Source of the DNA: an uncultured bacterium
Lineage (GTDB): Bacteria; Fidelibacterota; Marinisomatia; Marinisomatales; UBA1611
Assembly (NCBI GenBank): GCA_943788175.1
Contig: CALSPG010000001.1
Span: 192,001-256,000, forward strand
Direction: 5' to 3'
DNA: 64,000 nt
Part shown: positions 1 through 11,723 of the stretch, piece after piece
Layout: each line of letters begins with the position of its first letter
How positions within the stretch are numbered: position 1 is the first letter of the stretch
The notes under the pieces: generated by a model
Database searches by the model: none
Told to the model about the DNA's origin: nothing
The model's input: the letters and a program-made list of their open reading frames with translations, nothing else
Program-made: the position numbers and the translations under genes

Positions 1-456
1 TTAAATGATTCTATTTTTTTTTGGGATTATCCGATCAATAATAGACCTGGTAATCCAGCATTAGTAAATTATGATAATGCTCAGTATTGGTCAGTTGTTG
101 AAGCTATGCACGCCGGACCTATTTTAATTAATAAAGGCTTACAAATGGTAACGACAGAAGAAGAAATTTTTTTTAATACACCTGTTGATGGCATTCAGCC
201 AAGGTCAGCTATGGGTTTAAAAAAAAATGGAGATGTTATCTTTATGGTTGTAGATGGTCGCCAAATAGACAGTCGGGGTGTTTACTTAAAAGAACTTGCT
301 ATGTTAATGGCTCAGTTTGATTGTGACCAAGCATTAAATCTCGATGGTGGTGGTTCAAGTGCTTTAATCATAAACGGTAAATTAATAAATAAACCAATTG
401 GCCTGAATACTCAAAGACAAGTTATGTCTTGTGTAGGTGTAATAACGGAGGGTTGA
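1..456 (+). CDS. Phosphodiester glycosidase (NAGPA/DUF2233) family protein, 5' truncated by window
   Basis: Frame is open from base 1; motifs AGP, PRSAMG, VVDGRQ, ALNLDGGGSS. Confidence 0.85.
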   Translation, partial: LNDSIFFWDYPINNRPGNPALVNYDNAQYWSVVEAMHAGPILINKGLQMVTTEEEIFFNTPVDGIQPRSAMGLKKNGDVIFMVVDGRQIDSRGVYLKELAMLMAQFDCDQALNLDGGGSSALIINGKLINKPIGLNTQRQVMSCVGVITEG

Positions 457-1077
457 TTGAGCTTTATTAAAAAAATATATGATTGGGTGCTGAATCTTTC
501 TACTAAGCCAAATAGCAATTATTCTATTTCAATTCTTTCATTTTCTGAGGCTTTTTTCTTTCCAATACCTCCGGATGTTTTATTAATCCCGTTGTGTCTT
601 GGAAATAGAAAAAAAGCATGGAATTTTGCGATTTTATGTAGCATATTTTCGATTTTAGGAGGTATAGTAGGTTACTATGTTGGTAAAATACTATGGTGGA
701 ACGTTCCAGGTCTCGACTATTCTTATTTAGCTAATCTTTTTATGGAATATATACCAGGCGTAAATGAGGGGGGTTTTAACAATATAAAGAAGTTGTATGA
801 TGAATGGGATTTTTGGATCGTTTTTACAGCTGGATTTACTCCTATACCTTTCAAGTTAATTACTATTTCTGCTGGTACCTTCAATATTAATTTGGGTATG
901 TTCGTCTTTGCCTCAATTATTAGTCGAAGTGCTAGGTTCTTTTTGTTGGCATTTTTAATAAAAGTTTATGGTGAAAGTATTAGATCGTTCATTGAAAAAT
1001 ATTTTAATATTCTTGCAATGCTTTTTACTTTTCTCTTGATTGGTGGTTTTATTTTAATAAAAATTATATTGTCATAA
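457..1077 (+). CDS. DedA/YqaA (VTT domain) membrane protein
   Basis: SFSEAFFFPIPPDVLLIP and GFTPIPFK motifs, several TM segments, TTG start. Confidence 0.85.
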   Translation: MSFIKKIYDWVLNLSTKPNSNYSISILSFSEAFFFPIPPDVLLIPLCLGNRKKAWNFAILCSIFSILGGIVGYYVGKILWWNVPGLDYSYLANLFMEYIPGVNEGGFNNIKKLYDEWDFWIVFTAGFTPIPFKLITISAGTFNINLGMFVFASIISRSARFFLLAFLIKVYGESIRSFIEKYFNILAMLFTFLLIGGFILIKIILS

Positions 1078-1110
1078 TTCTAAAAGAAATTTATAAAAAT
1101 ACTTTAAAAA

Positions 1111-1548
1111 TTGAACAAAAAAGTAAAATTAAATATTATTGATATAGGTTGGAGAGAGTGGATAGAACTTGTCGATTTTGATAACTTTTATCTTAAGGCC
1201 AAAATTGATACAGGTGCCACGGTTTCAGCTCTCCACGCTACTCATATTAAAGAGTTTGTTTTTAAACAAAAACCTTATGTGGAGTTTCGCATGCATCAAT
1301 CAAAATCTTATAAAAAAATTAAAAAGCCTGTGGTTGGTTATAAAACTATCAAAAACTCATTCGGGACAAAACAATCGAGACCATTGATAGATATTTCTAT
1401 AAAAATAGGAGATGATATTATTAATACAATAATCACGTTAGCTAGAAGATCAAGTATGGCATATCCAGTACTTATAGGTCGTTCTGCATTAGCAAAAAAT
1501 TATAGAATTAATCCTAAAAAATCGTTCCTAACTGGAAAGTTAATTTAA
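1111..1548 (+). CDS. RimK-associated retropepsin-like protease
   Basis: IGWREW, AKIDTGA, LIGR motifs; directly upstream of rimK. Confidence 0.85.
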   Translation: MNKKVKLNIIDIGWREWIELVDFDNFYLKAKIDTGATVSALHATHIKEFVFKQKPYVEFRMHQSKSYKKIKKPVVGYKTIKNSFGTKQSRPLIDISIKIGDDIINTIITLARRSSMAYPVLIGRSALAKNYRINPKKSFLTGKLI

Positions 1549-1556
1549 ACTATTAT

Positions 1557-2435
1557 ATGAAGATTGCATTATTGTCAAGAAATAGAAACCTATTCTCAAC
1601 AAATAGGCTTTATAATGCTAGTACAAAAAGAGGGCATAGTGTTGATATTATTGATTATGTTAGATGTTATATCAATATTGGTGAGAATCAAACATCAATC
1701 TATTATAATGGTCAAAAATTGAGTACGTATGATGCTGTAATACCTCGCATAGGAGCTTCTCAAACGTCATATGGAACGGCAATTGTAAGACAGTTCGAAA
1801 TGCTAGGTAACTATTGTGTAAATAAATCTGATGCTATAATAGCTTCTAGGGATAAGCTTCGTTCATTTCAAATATTAGCTAAATATGGTATCGATATGCC
1901 TATAACTGGATATGCTAGTCATACAATGGACATACACGATGTGATTGAAAAAGTAGGCAGGACTCCATTAATTATGAAATTGTTACAAGGCACACAAGGT
2001 AATGGTATGGTCCTTGCTGAAACGATGAAAGCAGCTGAATCGGTTATGAATGCATTTAAACAGGTCGATGCAGATATATTGGTCCAAGAGTTTATTAAAG
2101 AATCTAGTGGTGTTGATATTAGAGTGATTGTAGTTGGAAACAGGGTGGTTTCAGCGATGCAAAGGGTTGCTCCAGAGGGGGAATTTCGTTCAAATGTTCA
2201 TAGAGGAGCTGCAACGAAACATATTGACCTTACATTAGAAGAAGAAGCAATAGCCATAAAATCAACAAAATTATTAGGTTTAAGTATTGCTGGTGTTGAT
2301 ATGATGAGGTCGAAACGTGGTCCATTAGTCTTAGAGGTTAATTCATCTCCAGGACTTCAGGGTATAGAACTACTTACTGGCGCTGATGTAGCAGGAGAGA
2401 TTATTAATTTTATTGAAAAAGACTGTAATCGTTAA
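1557..2435 (+). CDS. rimK: RimK family alpha-L-glutamate ligase (ATP-grasp)
   Basis: DAVIPRIG, RDKLRS, EFRSNVHRG, LEVNSSPGL. Confidence 0.92.
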   Translation: MKIALLSRNRNLFSTNRLYNASTKRGHSVDIIDYVRCYINIGENQTSIYYNGQKLSTYDAVIPRIGASQTSYGTAIVRQFEMLGNYCVNKSDAIIASRDKLRSFQILAKYGIDMPITGYASHTMDIHDVIEKVGRTPLIMKLLQGTQGNGMVLAETMKAAESVMNAFKQVDADILVQEFIKESSGVDIRVIVVGNRVVSAMQRVAPEGEFRSNVHRGAATKHIDLTLEEEAIAIKSTKLLGLSIAGVDMMRSKRGPLVLEVNSSPGLQGIELLTGADVAGEIINFIEKDCNR

Positions 2436-2446
2436 AAGGTGATGTT

Positions 2447-3577
2447 ATAACTAAAAGAAAATTTGCATTTGTAGTACACCCTTTATCCTCAGAGTATATT
2501 AGAAACGTTGTTCATTTACCTAATCTATTTGCAAAAAGATGGGTTATGCGATTCTTAGAAAAAACAATGGCCTATTCTCCGCCTTTAATTTATTCAAAAA
2601 TTGAAGGTATTCAATCAATTGTTGGCACTGAGGCAGAAGGTTGGTTGATATCAGTTGGTGGTACGCCCAGAGAAATGATGTCAAGAGACCCGTCTTTCAC
2701 ATATAAAAAATTAATAAAAGCTGCTCATTTGGCAAAAAAATTAGGTGCTGAAATAATGGGTCTTGGCGCATTCACAAAAGTTGTTGGCGATGCAGGTATA
2801 ACGGTAGCTAAAAATTCACCTATTCCAATAACTACGGGTAATAGTTATAGTGCATCAGCCGCCTTATGGGCAGCAGCAGATGCTTTAAAAAAACTTGATT
2901 TAATTGAACCTTCAGTAAATAACGAAAAATTAAAATCGAAAAGTATGATTATTGGAGCAACAGGTGCTATTGGTTCAGTTTCTTCAAAATTACTGTCTAT
3001 GATATTTGAAGAAATTATTCTTTGTGGAAGGAATAAGGATAAACTTGAAATTTTAAAAAAAGATATCCTGAATATTTCTCCTAATACAAAAATTATGATA
3101 ACTACAAATGCTGATGAATATGTTTCCATTGCTGATATGATCGTTACAGCTACATCTGGAGCTGGTAAGAAAATTTTTGATATAATGAAAGTCAAACCAG
3201 GGTGTGTTATAACTGATGTCGCAAGACCTTTAGATTTAAAACCTGAAGATGTTAATAAAAGACCTGATGTTATGTATATTGAATCTGGAGAAATAGAAAT
3301 ACCTGTTAAAAATAAATTAAAGATGAGAAATATTCATTTACCACAAAATGTCGTCTTTGCATGTATGGCTGAAACAATTGTTCTTGCTCTCGAGGGTCGC
3401 TTTGAAAAATTTACAATCGGACGTGACATAGAATGGAAAAAAGTAAAAGAAATTTATAAGCTTGGACTTAAACATGGGATGAAACTAGCTGCAATTTCAG
3501 GTGTTAATGGTGTATATACGGAGAAAGATATTGAAAAAATTAGAACTTTAGCTCTAGCTGCAATAGAAGCAAGATAA
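2447..3577 (+). CDS. COG5322-type NAD(P)-dependent dehydrogenase (acyl-ACP reductase-like); start uncertain
   Basis: In-frame KFAFVVHPL upstream of the 2546 ATG; GLGAFTKVVG, TTGNSY, IGATGAIG, DVARP, FACMAETI. Confidence 0.75.
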   Translation: MTKRKFAFVVHPLSSEYIRNVVHLPNLFAKRWVMRFLEKTMAYSPPLIYSKIEGIQSIVGTEAEGWLISVGGTPREMMSRDPSFTYKKLIKAAHLAKKLGAEIMGLGAFTKVVGDAGITVAKNSPIPITTGNSYSASAALWAAADALKKLDLIEPSVNNEKLKSKSMIIGATGAIGSVSSKLLSMIFEEIILCGRNKDKLEILKKDILNISPNTKIMITTNADEYVSIADMIVTATSGAGKKIFDIMKVKPGCVITDVARPLDLKPEDVNKRPDVMYIESGEIEIPVKNKLKMRNIHLPQNVVFACMAETIVLALEGRFEKFTIGRDIEWKKVKEIYKLGLKHGMKLAAISGVNGVYTEKDIEKIRTLALAAIEAR

Positions 3578-3579
3578 AA

Positions 3580-4002
3580 TTGAACTTGAGACCACGATTT
3601 CATTTAGCTTTCCCTGTCAAAGACCTCGATTCTACAAGGTCTTTTTATGTTGGTTTACTTGAATGTAATACTGGTAGAGAATCAGAGAGTTGGATTGATT
3701 TTGATTTATATGGACATCAAATAGTTGCTCATCTTTCACCAAATGATTGTCAAGAACTAGACACAAATATTGTAGATGAAGATAATATTCCTTCTAGACA
3801 TTTTGGTGTAATTTTAGATTGGAATCAATGGGAAGAGTTGCATAATAAATTAGAAAATTTGAAGTTTGAGTTTTTATTAAAGCCAAAAATAAGATTTAAG
3901 AATGAAGCTGGCGAGCAGGGAACTTTTTTTATAAGTGATCCTAGTGGTAACGCTTTAGAGTTTAAATCATTTAAAAATGAATCAATGATTTTCAAAAAAT
4001 GA
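3580..4002 (+). CDS. VOC/glyoxalase family protein
   Basis: FHLAFPV, GHQIVAH, RHFG, DPSGNALEFK. Confidence 0.85.
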   Translation: MNLRPRFHLAFPVKDLDSTRSFYVGLLECNTGRESESWIDFDLYGHQIVAHLSPNDCQELDTNIVDEDNIPSRHFGVILDWNQWEELHNKLENLKFEFLLKPKIRFKNEAGEQGTFFISDPSGNALEFKSFKNESMIFKK

Positions 4003-6125
4003 TAAGAATCGCTCACCTTTATTGTAAATATAGTTTAATGTTTTTTATTTTTGTTTTATCCTGTTCAAGTCCTGAGCAGAAAAATCTAATAATACCAAAT
4101 TTATTTTCTGACGGAGTTATTATCCAAAGAGATACTTTAGTAAATATTTGGGGTCAATATTTACCTAATCAAAAAATTGACATTTCCTGTTCTTGGGGTT
4201 TTGATACATTAACTTTCTCAGATTCTTCAGGCTATTGGATTACAAAGATCAAGACTATAAATAATTCCGATGAGCAATCAATTACAGTTTTTAGTAGCGA
4301 AGAGTCCATTAAAGTTAGAAATGTTTTAATGGGAGAGGTATGGTTAGCAGCTGGTCAGTCAAATATGGAAATGACGTTTGATTATTGTTGCAATTCAACT
4401 GATAGCTCATCTTTTGAAATAGAGACAGCTAATTACTCAAATATAAGGATGTATAACGTAAAAAAAGCTTTAAGTGATAAACCTTTAAATGATACTGAAG
4501 GTAAATGGATAAGTGCCGTAGGCAAAGACATAACCAATTTTAGTGCGGTAGGTTATTTTTTTGCTAAAAAATTACACATAGAACTTGATGTGCCGATTGG
4601 CATAATACATTCAAGCTGGGGAGGTAGTAATATTCAGTCTTGGTCTAGTCTCAATGTTCTAGAACAGATAGAAGGTTTTTCAGACAAGCTTAAAAAGCTT
4701 AAAAAAGATTCTCTTAAATATAAAAAAACAAAAAATTGGTATTCTCAATTTGAAAACATACCATCTGGGTCACATTCATGGGACTTGTTTTTATCAGAGG
4801 TTTTTCCTGAAAATGATTATTTAGACTTTTTATTACCTGGTTGGAAAAGCTTAGATTATTTAGGGAAAAATGATATTAAAAACTTTTCAAATGATTCCTA
4901 TCATTGGGAATCTTTAACTGAAGAGAGCTTTATTAAAGCTGTATTCAATAATTTAAACTTCTCAGGAGCTGTTCTTTTTAAAAATGAATTTGAATTAGAT
5001 TCTTTACATTCAAATTCATATGATTTGATAATACGACCTGATAAAGATAGGCCATCTGGTTTATGGGAGTACGATTTATATATAAATGGTTCGAAAGTTG
5101 GTTCATCTTTAATCGATTTAAAAGACGCCGATTATGTTTCCAATAAACAAGATCAAAAATACAATATTGATTCCAAATTATTAAAGATTGGAAAAAATGT
5201 TATTATGGTTAGAGTGCTTGGCGTTTCTAGCCTTGGAGAAATTAAAATAAAATCATCTCATGCAAATATATCTTTTATAAAGAAATGGAAAGCCAAAATA
5301 TTAGCTGAAGAGGCATTTCAAGTTGATAATTTTGAATACCCTTATACATCCTTTTATAACTATAAAGATCAAAATATAAATTTTTCAGATATTCCTGAAA
5401 AATTTTTCTTGAAACATAATACGTTAACCAGTTTATATAATGGTATGATGAACCCTTTATTAAATTATACAATTAAAGGTTTAATTTGGTACCAAGGAGA
5501 AAGTAATGTAGGAGGATCCGGTGAGATCCAATACCAGAAAATTTTCCCTTTAATGGTTAAAGACTTTAGAAAATCATTCGGTGAAAATATGCCTTTTTAT
5601 TTTGCTCAAATTGCTTCTTATGTTGGTTATGGTGGATTGCTACCTCATTTCCGTCATGTTCAAAACAGCCATTTACATATAAAAAATACTGGCATGGTCG
5701 TTACCTTAGATGTAGGAGAAAATCATGATATACACCCTTCAAATAAGCATGACGTTGGTAATCGATTTGCCTTATTAGCCTTAAATAGGACATATAATAA
5801 AGATTTTATCGACTCTGGCCCAGAATTAGATAACATTGAGCAAGAAGGAAGATACCTTAATGTTTATTTTAAAAATTGTGACTCTGGTTTAATGCAGATA
5901 AATAATAAAAATACATGGTTTGAGATAGCAGGAAGTAATAAAATTTATTTTGATGCAGAGGTAGATGTATATAATAAGCTAATACAATTATCTTCAAAAG
6001 AAGTAACTAATCCAAAGTATGTTAGATACGCTTGGAGCGATACCGCTAGTGCGACCTTATTTAATAATGAAGGCCTACCAGGCCCACCATTTTCTTCAGA
6101 ACATTTGCAATTACACCATAAGTAA
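3999..6125 (+). CDS. Sialate O-acetylesterase (SASA/SGNH) family, probable lipoprotein
   Basis: GQSNME, WYQGESN, DIHP, VRYAW; LSC lipobox. Confidence 0.85.
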   Translation: MIRIAHLYCKYSLMFFIFVLSCSSPEQKNLIIPNLFSDGVIIQRDTLVNIWGQYLPNQKIDISCSWGFDTLTFSDSSGYWITKIKTINNSDEQSITVFSSEESIKVRNVLMGEVWLAAGQSNMEMTFDYCCNSTDSSSFEIETANYSNIRMYNVKKALSDKPLNDTEGKWISAVGKDITNFSAVGYFFAKKLHIELDVPIGIIHSSWGGSNIQSWSSLNVLEQIEGFSDKLKKLKKDSLKYKKTKNWYSQFENIPSGSHSWDLFLSEVFPENDYLDFLLPGWKSLDYLGKNDIKNFSNDSYHWESLTEESFIKAVFNNLNFSGAVLFKNEFELDSLHSNSYDLIIRPDKDRPSGLWEYDLYINGSKVGSSLIDLKDADYVSNKQDQKYNIDSKLLKIGKNVIMVRVLGVSSLGEIKIKSSHANISFIKKWKAKILAEEAFQVDNFEYPYTSFYNYKDQNINFSDIPEKFFLKHNTLTSLYNGMMNPLLNYTIKGLIWYQGESNVGGSGEIQYQKIFPLMVKDFRKSFGENMPFYFAQIASYVGYGGLLPHFRHVQNSHLHIKNTGMVVTLDVGENHDIHPSNKHDVGNRFALLALNRTYNKDFIDSGPELDNIEQEGRYLNVYFKNCDSGLMQINNKNTWFEIAGSNKIYFDAEVDVYNKLIQLSSKEVTNPKYVRYAWSDTASATLFNNEGLPGPPFSSEHLQLHHK

Positions 6126-9100
6126 TTAGATCTTTATTTTAAATGTTTTTATTTCAAATGGTTTTAGCTTAAGACGATAATTGTCCTTAACTCTCTTAGC
6201 TTTACTAATGTTTTTTTGTTCAAGAAGGTTTGTTTCTGTTATTTCTCCATCTAAATAAATATTACCTTTTGAATTCCTACCAAGTGTTTCAACAGTTCTA
6301 ATAATAATTTCATTTTCATATTCACTTTTTTTAAAAGCGGCAATCTCTATTCCTTTGCCTTCATAGGTTATAGAGCTTGATGTCGATAAGTTCTTGTAGC
6401 CTTCAAAAATAAGTGGAGGATGATTTAATAAAGTAGATTCTTCAATTACATTTGACCTAATTAAATCTTTATTATGTGGATAAAAACTATAAACAAATTC
6501 ATGATATCCGATATCTGCATCTGCATCTGGATTATTAGGAGATCGTAGCAAATTAAGGTCTATTGTGTTATCAAAAATGGAGTAACCATATTTACAATCG
6601 TTCATTAACGCTACACCGTAGTCATTGTTAGATAAATCAGCATACTTATGTCCAACCACTTCAAATTTTGCTCTGTCCCAGCTCGTGTTCTTATGAGTAT
6701 TTCTTTTCACATGACCATATTGAATATCAAAAGTAGCTTGTTCAGTAGTAATGGTGGTAGGGAAGTGAACCCTAAGCATTTTGTGTTTTTCTTTCCAATC
6801 AACTGATGTATTAAAATCTAAACGTTTAGAATGGTTTGATAGAGAAATATGCTGTTTAATTGTAGAGTTCCCAATAGTATATGATATAGTTAAAGAACTA
6901 TTTACAACACCTACTTTAACCTTTTCAATTTTTGTTACTGTTGAGGTTTCTAGTAAAGAATCTTTATAATAGAAGTCAATATCCCAGGCATCCCAATTAA
7001 GAGGTCTATCTTCATAAAGAGACAGTATATTACCATTAGATCTAAGAAGGTTTAATTTTAGCGTTTTATCATAAGCGGACTTCATCGTACCATCTTTATG
7101 AAATTCATATTTAACATAATTATTTTCAAGAATTAGATTAGAATCATTAACTGTTTTATTTTTTTCTTTTTTACCTTTAGAAAAAGTTTTGAATGAAAAT
7201 GGTTCTAATTCTACAAAACATACTAAATCGTTATTTACTTGTTGAGTAGCTAGGCTAATCTTATCATCTGATATAATTTGATAGCCTTTATATTTATAAG
7301 GAATTTTTACTACCCCTTTGAAATGGTAAGAAAGTGAGTTTACTAAAGTAAATGAATTTTTATCTTTTTTAAATAAAATAGAGGCTGATTTATTTAAAAG
7401 CATATCACATGTTTTATGAATATCTTCATATTCTTTATGTGTGTTTTTATAAACTAAATTTATACTTGACCCTGGAATGATATCATGAAACTGATTAATC
7501 ATTAATTTTTTCCATGCTTCATCAAGATCGCTATGAGGGTAACTCTTCAGGTCGCAATTAGACCATAAAAACTCTACAGCTTTGAGTTTGTTTTCTAATT
7601 TTCTATTTTGTTTTTTTACTAGACCATGAGTAGTTAAGGTACCTCTATGTAATTCAAGATAAAGTTCTCCGACCCATGTTTCTAATTGGTTTTTCTTTCT
7701 ATTTAATCTTTTAAAAAAGTTTTTTGCATGATCAAATGAAACTTTTGGTGCACCTTCAAGATTTTTTAATCTTTTTCCTAATTCAATATTCTCTGGTTTA
7801 GGACCACCACCACCATTACCAACCCCAAAAAGAGACATAAACTCATTTAATTTATCTTTTTCTTTAAATGTTTTTTGAGCAGGCATTAAAAACTTTGTAT
7901 CTAATTCACTATTATATGAGTTCTCAGGAGGGAAGTGTGTTAAAATTTCTGTACCATCAATTCCACGCCAGTTAAACGTCTGAAATGGAAAGTCATTAAA
8001 TTGATTCCATGAGATTTTTTGGGTTAAAAAATAATCTACCTCAGCTTGTTTCAAAATTTGAGGAAGAGCTGCAGAGTAACCGAAAACATCTGGAAGCCAT
8101 AAATTATCTACATCCACGCCAAATTCTTTTTTAAAGAAAATCTTTCCATAAAGTAATTGACGTACCATAGATTCTCCGCTAATAAGATTGCAATCTGCTT
8201 CTACCCACATACCTCCTTGAAGTTCCCATTGACCTTTTTTCACAGCAGCTTTAATTCTTTTAAAAATAGAAGGGTAAAAGTCCTTCATGAACTGATAGTG
8301 TTGCGGCATAGAAGCTCCAAATACATAATCTGGGTACCTATCTATTAAATCTAATTGAGTTGTAAAAGTTCGTGCACATTTTCTAATCGTCTCTTTTACA
8401 GGCCAGAGCCAACCTGTATCTATATGCGCATGTCCAACAGCAGTCACTTTTAATTCTGAGGATGAGGCGCGTTTATTTAGTTCAGCTGATAATATATTTC
8501 TTGACGCATTAGCATCTTTCTGATCAGCTTTAAAAGCTATTAGAGCTTGGTTGAGTGAATTGATTACCCTTAATCGCTGTGTAGAGTCTTTTTCTAGCTT
8601 TTCTATTAATCCAAGTAGAATTCTTACATCAAGGTGTAGATGCCATATATCTTCTCGAAATATTCCTATATCTATGGTTTCTACTTTAGCATCAAATGTT
8701 CCATGCCTTTTTGGATTGTCTTGCTCTGGATCTACATCAACAAAAATTCCAAATAAAGAATTTGCTGCAGTCTCAACCCAAATTTCAACTTCATTATTTT
8801 TTATACATGTTTTAGGTATCAGTACTCTAGTTCTAACAAAATTTTGATCCCAAATAGAAGCGTTTGTAATACCTTGAACTTCTTTTCCTTTAGGGTCATA
8901 AACTAACCCTTCTCCAGAAAAGTCTAAATCAGCTATGACCTTTTTTCCACGCCATTCTTTTTTAATACGTCCATTGAGGCAAAACCATGCACTATCCCAT
9001 TCTTTACCCCAACTTTTACCTTTCGTAATTGGTTTGTACTTTAATTTGTTTTTTTCGGAAAAAGGAACAGCGTTTTTTGACCATGCATATTTTGATGTTA

Positions 9101-9192
9101 GATGAAGTTCTATCTTCAATGAAATAATCTTTTAGTCTATTATTCCATTGTTCAATTCTTGATACAATTATAGCAGTTTCTTTTTTATTCAA
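6126..9192 (-). CDS. GH38 alpha-mannosidase; probable TTG start at 9192 with an indel near 9100
   Basis: GHAHIDTGWLW, WLPDVFGYS, ELYLELHRG, NQFHDIIPGS; upstream frame MNKKETAIIVSRIEQW follows an AAGGGA SD. Confidence 0.9.
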
Positions 9193-9253
9193 AATTGATT
9201 ATTCCCTTAAACTTGATTATTTATTTAAATATTAATAATTAATCACAATAAAA

Positions 9254-11579
9254 TTAAACAGGCGAACCTTCCATTTGTTGTTCTAGTTTTCTGGCAACAG
9301 ATAAAAACTGATTAACATTCATCTCTTTTAAGTTTACCACACCATGAACCGCTCTTAAATGCGGATTTTTGTTTTGGTACCAATAATCTCTACCAAGTAA
9401 AAGTTGAAGGTCTTTATGCTGTTTTACCCAAATATCTTGAGATAAGTCACAAAATGGACCATCAAATTCGTAACTAGGAAAAGAGGCTTCCTTTTGGCTT
9501 AAATAGCAATTATTAAACGTAGATCTCATAATAGCCATTGAATTTAAAGTCACAGGCACAATGATATCAGCTTCATCAACATCAAACCTATACCAGACAT
9601 TGCGATATCCCCATATTCTCAGTTCTGATAAGTCTTCTGTCTCGTTCCATATTCGTACGGCCTCTGCTATGGTTTGTAAGTACCTTGTATAGTGTGTATC
9701 AGGACCACTGCCTTCAGGGTCAAAGGCGACAGATATAACCGTTGGTTTAATTGTTTTAAGCTGTTCTAAAACAGGTAGTACATCTCTATTTATTTGAGGG
9801 TTTTCTGTGAAAATATCACCTTGGTAGAAACCTAATCTTAGATGATGAACGTCTTGAACGCGAACGCCGTAATTAGCCCAAACTAGTTCTTCTTCATATT
9901 CACGAATCATACCTTTAAGGCTTTGAACTTCTTTTGAATTTTTTTCACCATCATAATAATTATGAATTTCTTTAATTACTTTTTTAATAGTAATGTCTAA
10001 TTCAGAGGTATTCTTTACACCCATAAATTTCTATTAATGCTCTAACAAGTCTATGCGACATTCCTCTTTTTTGTTGAGATGAGTTATTTTCAGCAATAGC
10101 ATCTAAGTAATGAAATACATCCTTATCCCATTTTTTTTTGTAACCGTTCTCAAAAAAATCATCGTATCGTGTCATTTGAATTTTATCATCAGCTAAAAAA
10201 GATTTTGTATCTTGAAGTAAAGTTTGAATAAAATCATTTGTAACAGATGTAAAACCAGAAGTCATATTTACGAAATGATGATGATTACTAGGTTCGCGGA
10301 TAAGTTGCATTATGTACGGCATTAAGCCAAGCATAATATCATCATGATGAGGACCAGTATGATAAAAAATTTGATTAGTTTCAAGTTTAGAACCTTTTTC
10401 AACTTTACTTTCAACTTTTTTAATTACATCGCTAACAGTGTCAGCGTTTAATGATGGGATATTTTTACAATGCTCATCATTTTGTAAATTATCAAGTGAT
10501 AGTTTTTTTCCAAAAACATTTATATCTCTTGAAAGCTCCAAAATTGAACGTTGAAGTTTTTGATCATTCCATTCTGAATTTTCCCAATAATCTCTTTCAA
10601 AGTCTGTAAGCAGCTTCCCAGCACCCTTAGTAATATAAAAACAGCTCTTTTTGAGTTTAGATAAAGCTGTTGCTGGATATTTAACATCAGGAGCATGTTC
10701 AAGCGAGTTTTTAATAATTTTCGATTTTGCTTCGCCAGCGGCGATAATTATTCCAGTTGCATCAGGATTATATGTAATCGTTCCAAGTCCAATTGTAATA
10801 ACAAGCCTATTTCTACTAATTTCAATTCCCCCAAGATCTGTAGCTGCTGCTGCCTGAGTCTCGAAATTAGTACCAGTTAATCTTGTCGTTGAATTATGAT
10901 CAGATCCACGAACATTAAAAGCAATATGTCCATCAGGTCCAATTCCTCCAAGAAAAAAACCAATACCTCCCATGGATCTTATTTTATTTTCATATTCAGC
11001 GCACCATTGGTCAATTAGTAAAATAGATTCTTGCTGTTCTTCTTCAATCTCACTTGTTGGATCTCTAAACCTTAAAGTAAGATCGATTCTGTTATCAGGA
11101 AATATTTGTTTTCGATTTTTTCCGTTTACTAACTGAATTTTATCTGAATTTATAAGTAATGCTTTTTGGGGGTCTAATTCAAAACCTTCGATGTAATATT
11201 TGCAAACGTAATTATAAAAGCTGTTGTGTTGATTAGGATTAAGAGGATAAAATTCATCAATTTGTACAAATTTTAAGCCTCTTAAGCTTGGTTTATCTTT
11301 TAACAGTAATCCATTATCTTCTCTTAACTTTTTGACAGCCTTGTCATCCCAATTTTGAAGAATATGATGAGTCCATTTAATAAAGTATTCAGGTGTTTTT
11401 CCTGTAGGTAAACTTATGACACCATTCGGGTTATTTGATGACCACTCTAAGAACCGTAGAGAAGTAATAAGGCCAAGTTGAGGAAAGCTATCTAAGACAA
11501 TATAAGGAATACTTGAAGTTTGGGTCTTAATTGACTGTTGATTAAAAAAATGTTTTTCTACAGGACTAAATTGATGCAT
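9254..11579 (-). CDS. nagB: Glucosamine-6-phosphate deaminase (NagB-like) fused to a PIG-L-type deacetylase domain; split by an indel near 10020
   Basis: LPTGKTP, GGIGPDGHIAFN, GPHHDD, DPEGSGPDTH; removing one G from TATGGGT joins the two ORFs. Confidence 0.8.
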
Positions 11580-11635
11580 TTTATAAAATGTGTTTTATGT
11601 GTTTGCTATGCAAGTTAAGTTGAATATTGTATTCC

Positions 11636-11653
11636 TATCTTATACTTAAGATA
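11636..11653. promoter_or_regulatory. Imperfect palindrome TATCTTATACTTAAGATA, candidate operator
   Basis: 16/18 identical to the motif at 20753-20770; lies in the divergent nagB/glycosylasparaginase intergenic region. Confidence 0.4.
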
Positions 11654-11723
11654 ATAAATAATTATAGTTATTGACTATATCAATAATCATATTTTGTTAA
11701 TTTTTTAAAAGGATTATTAAATT

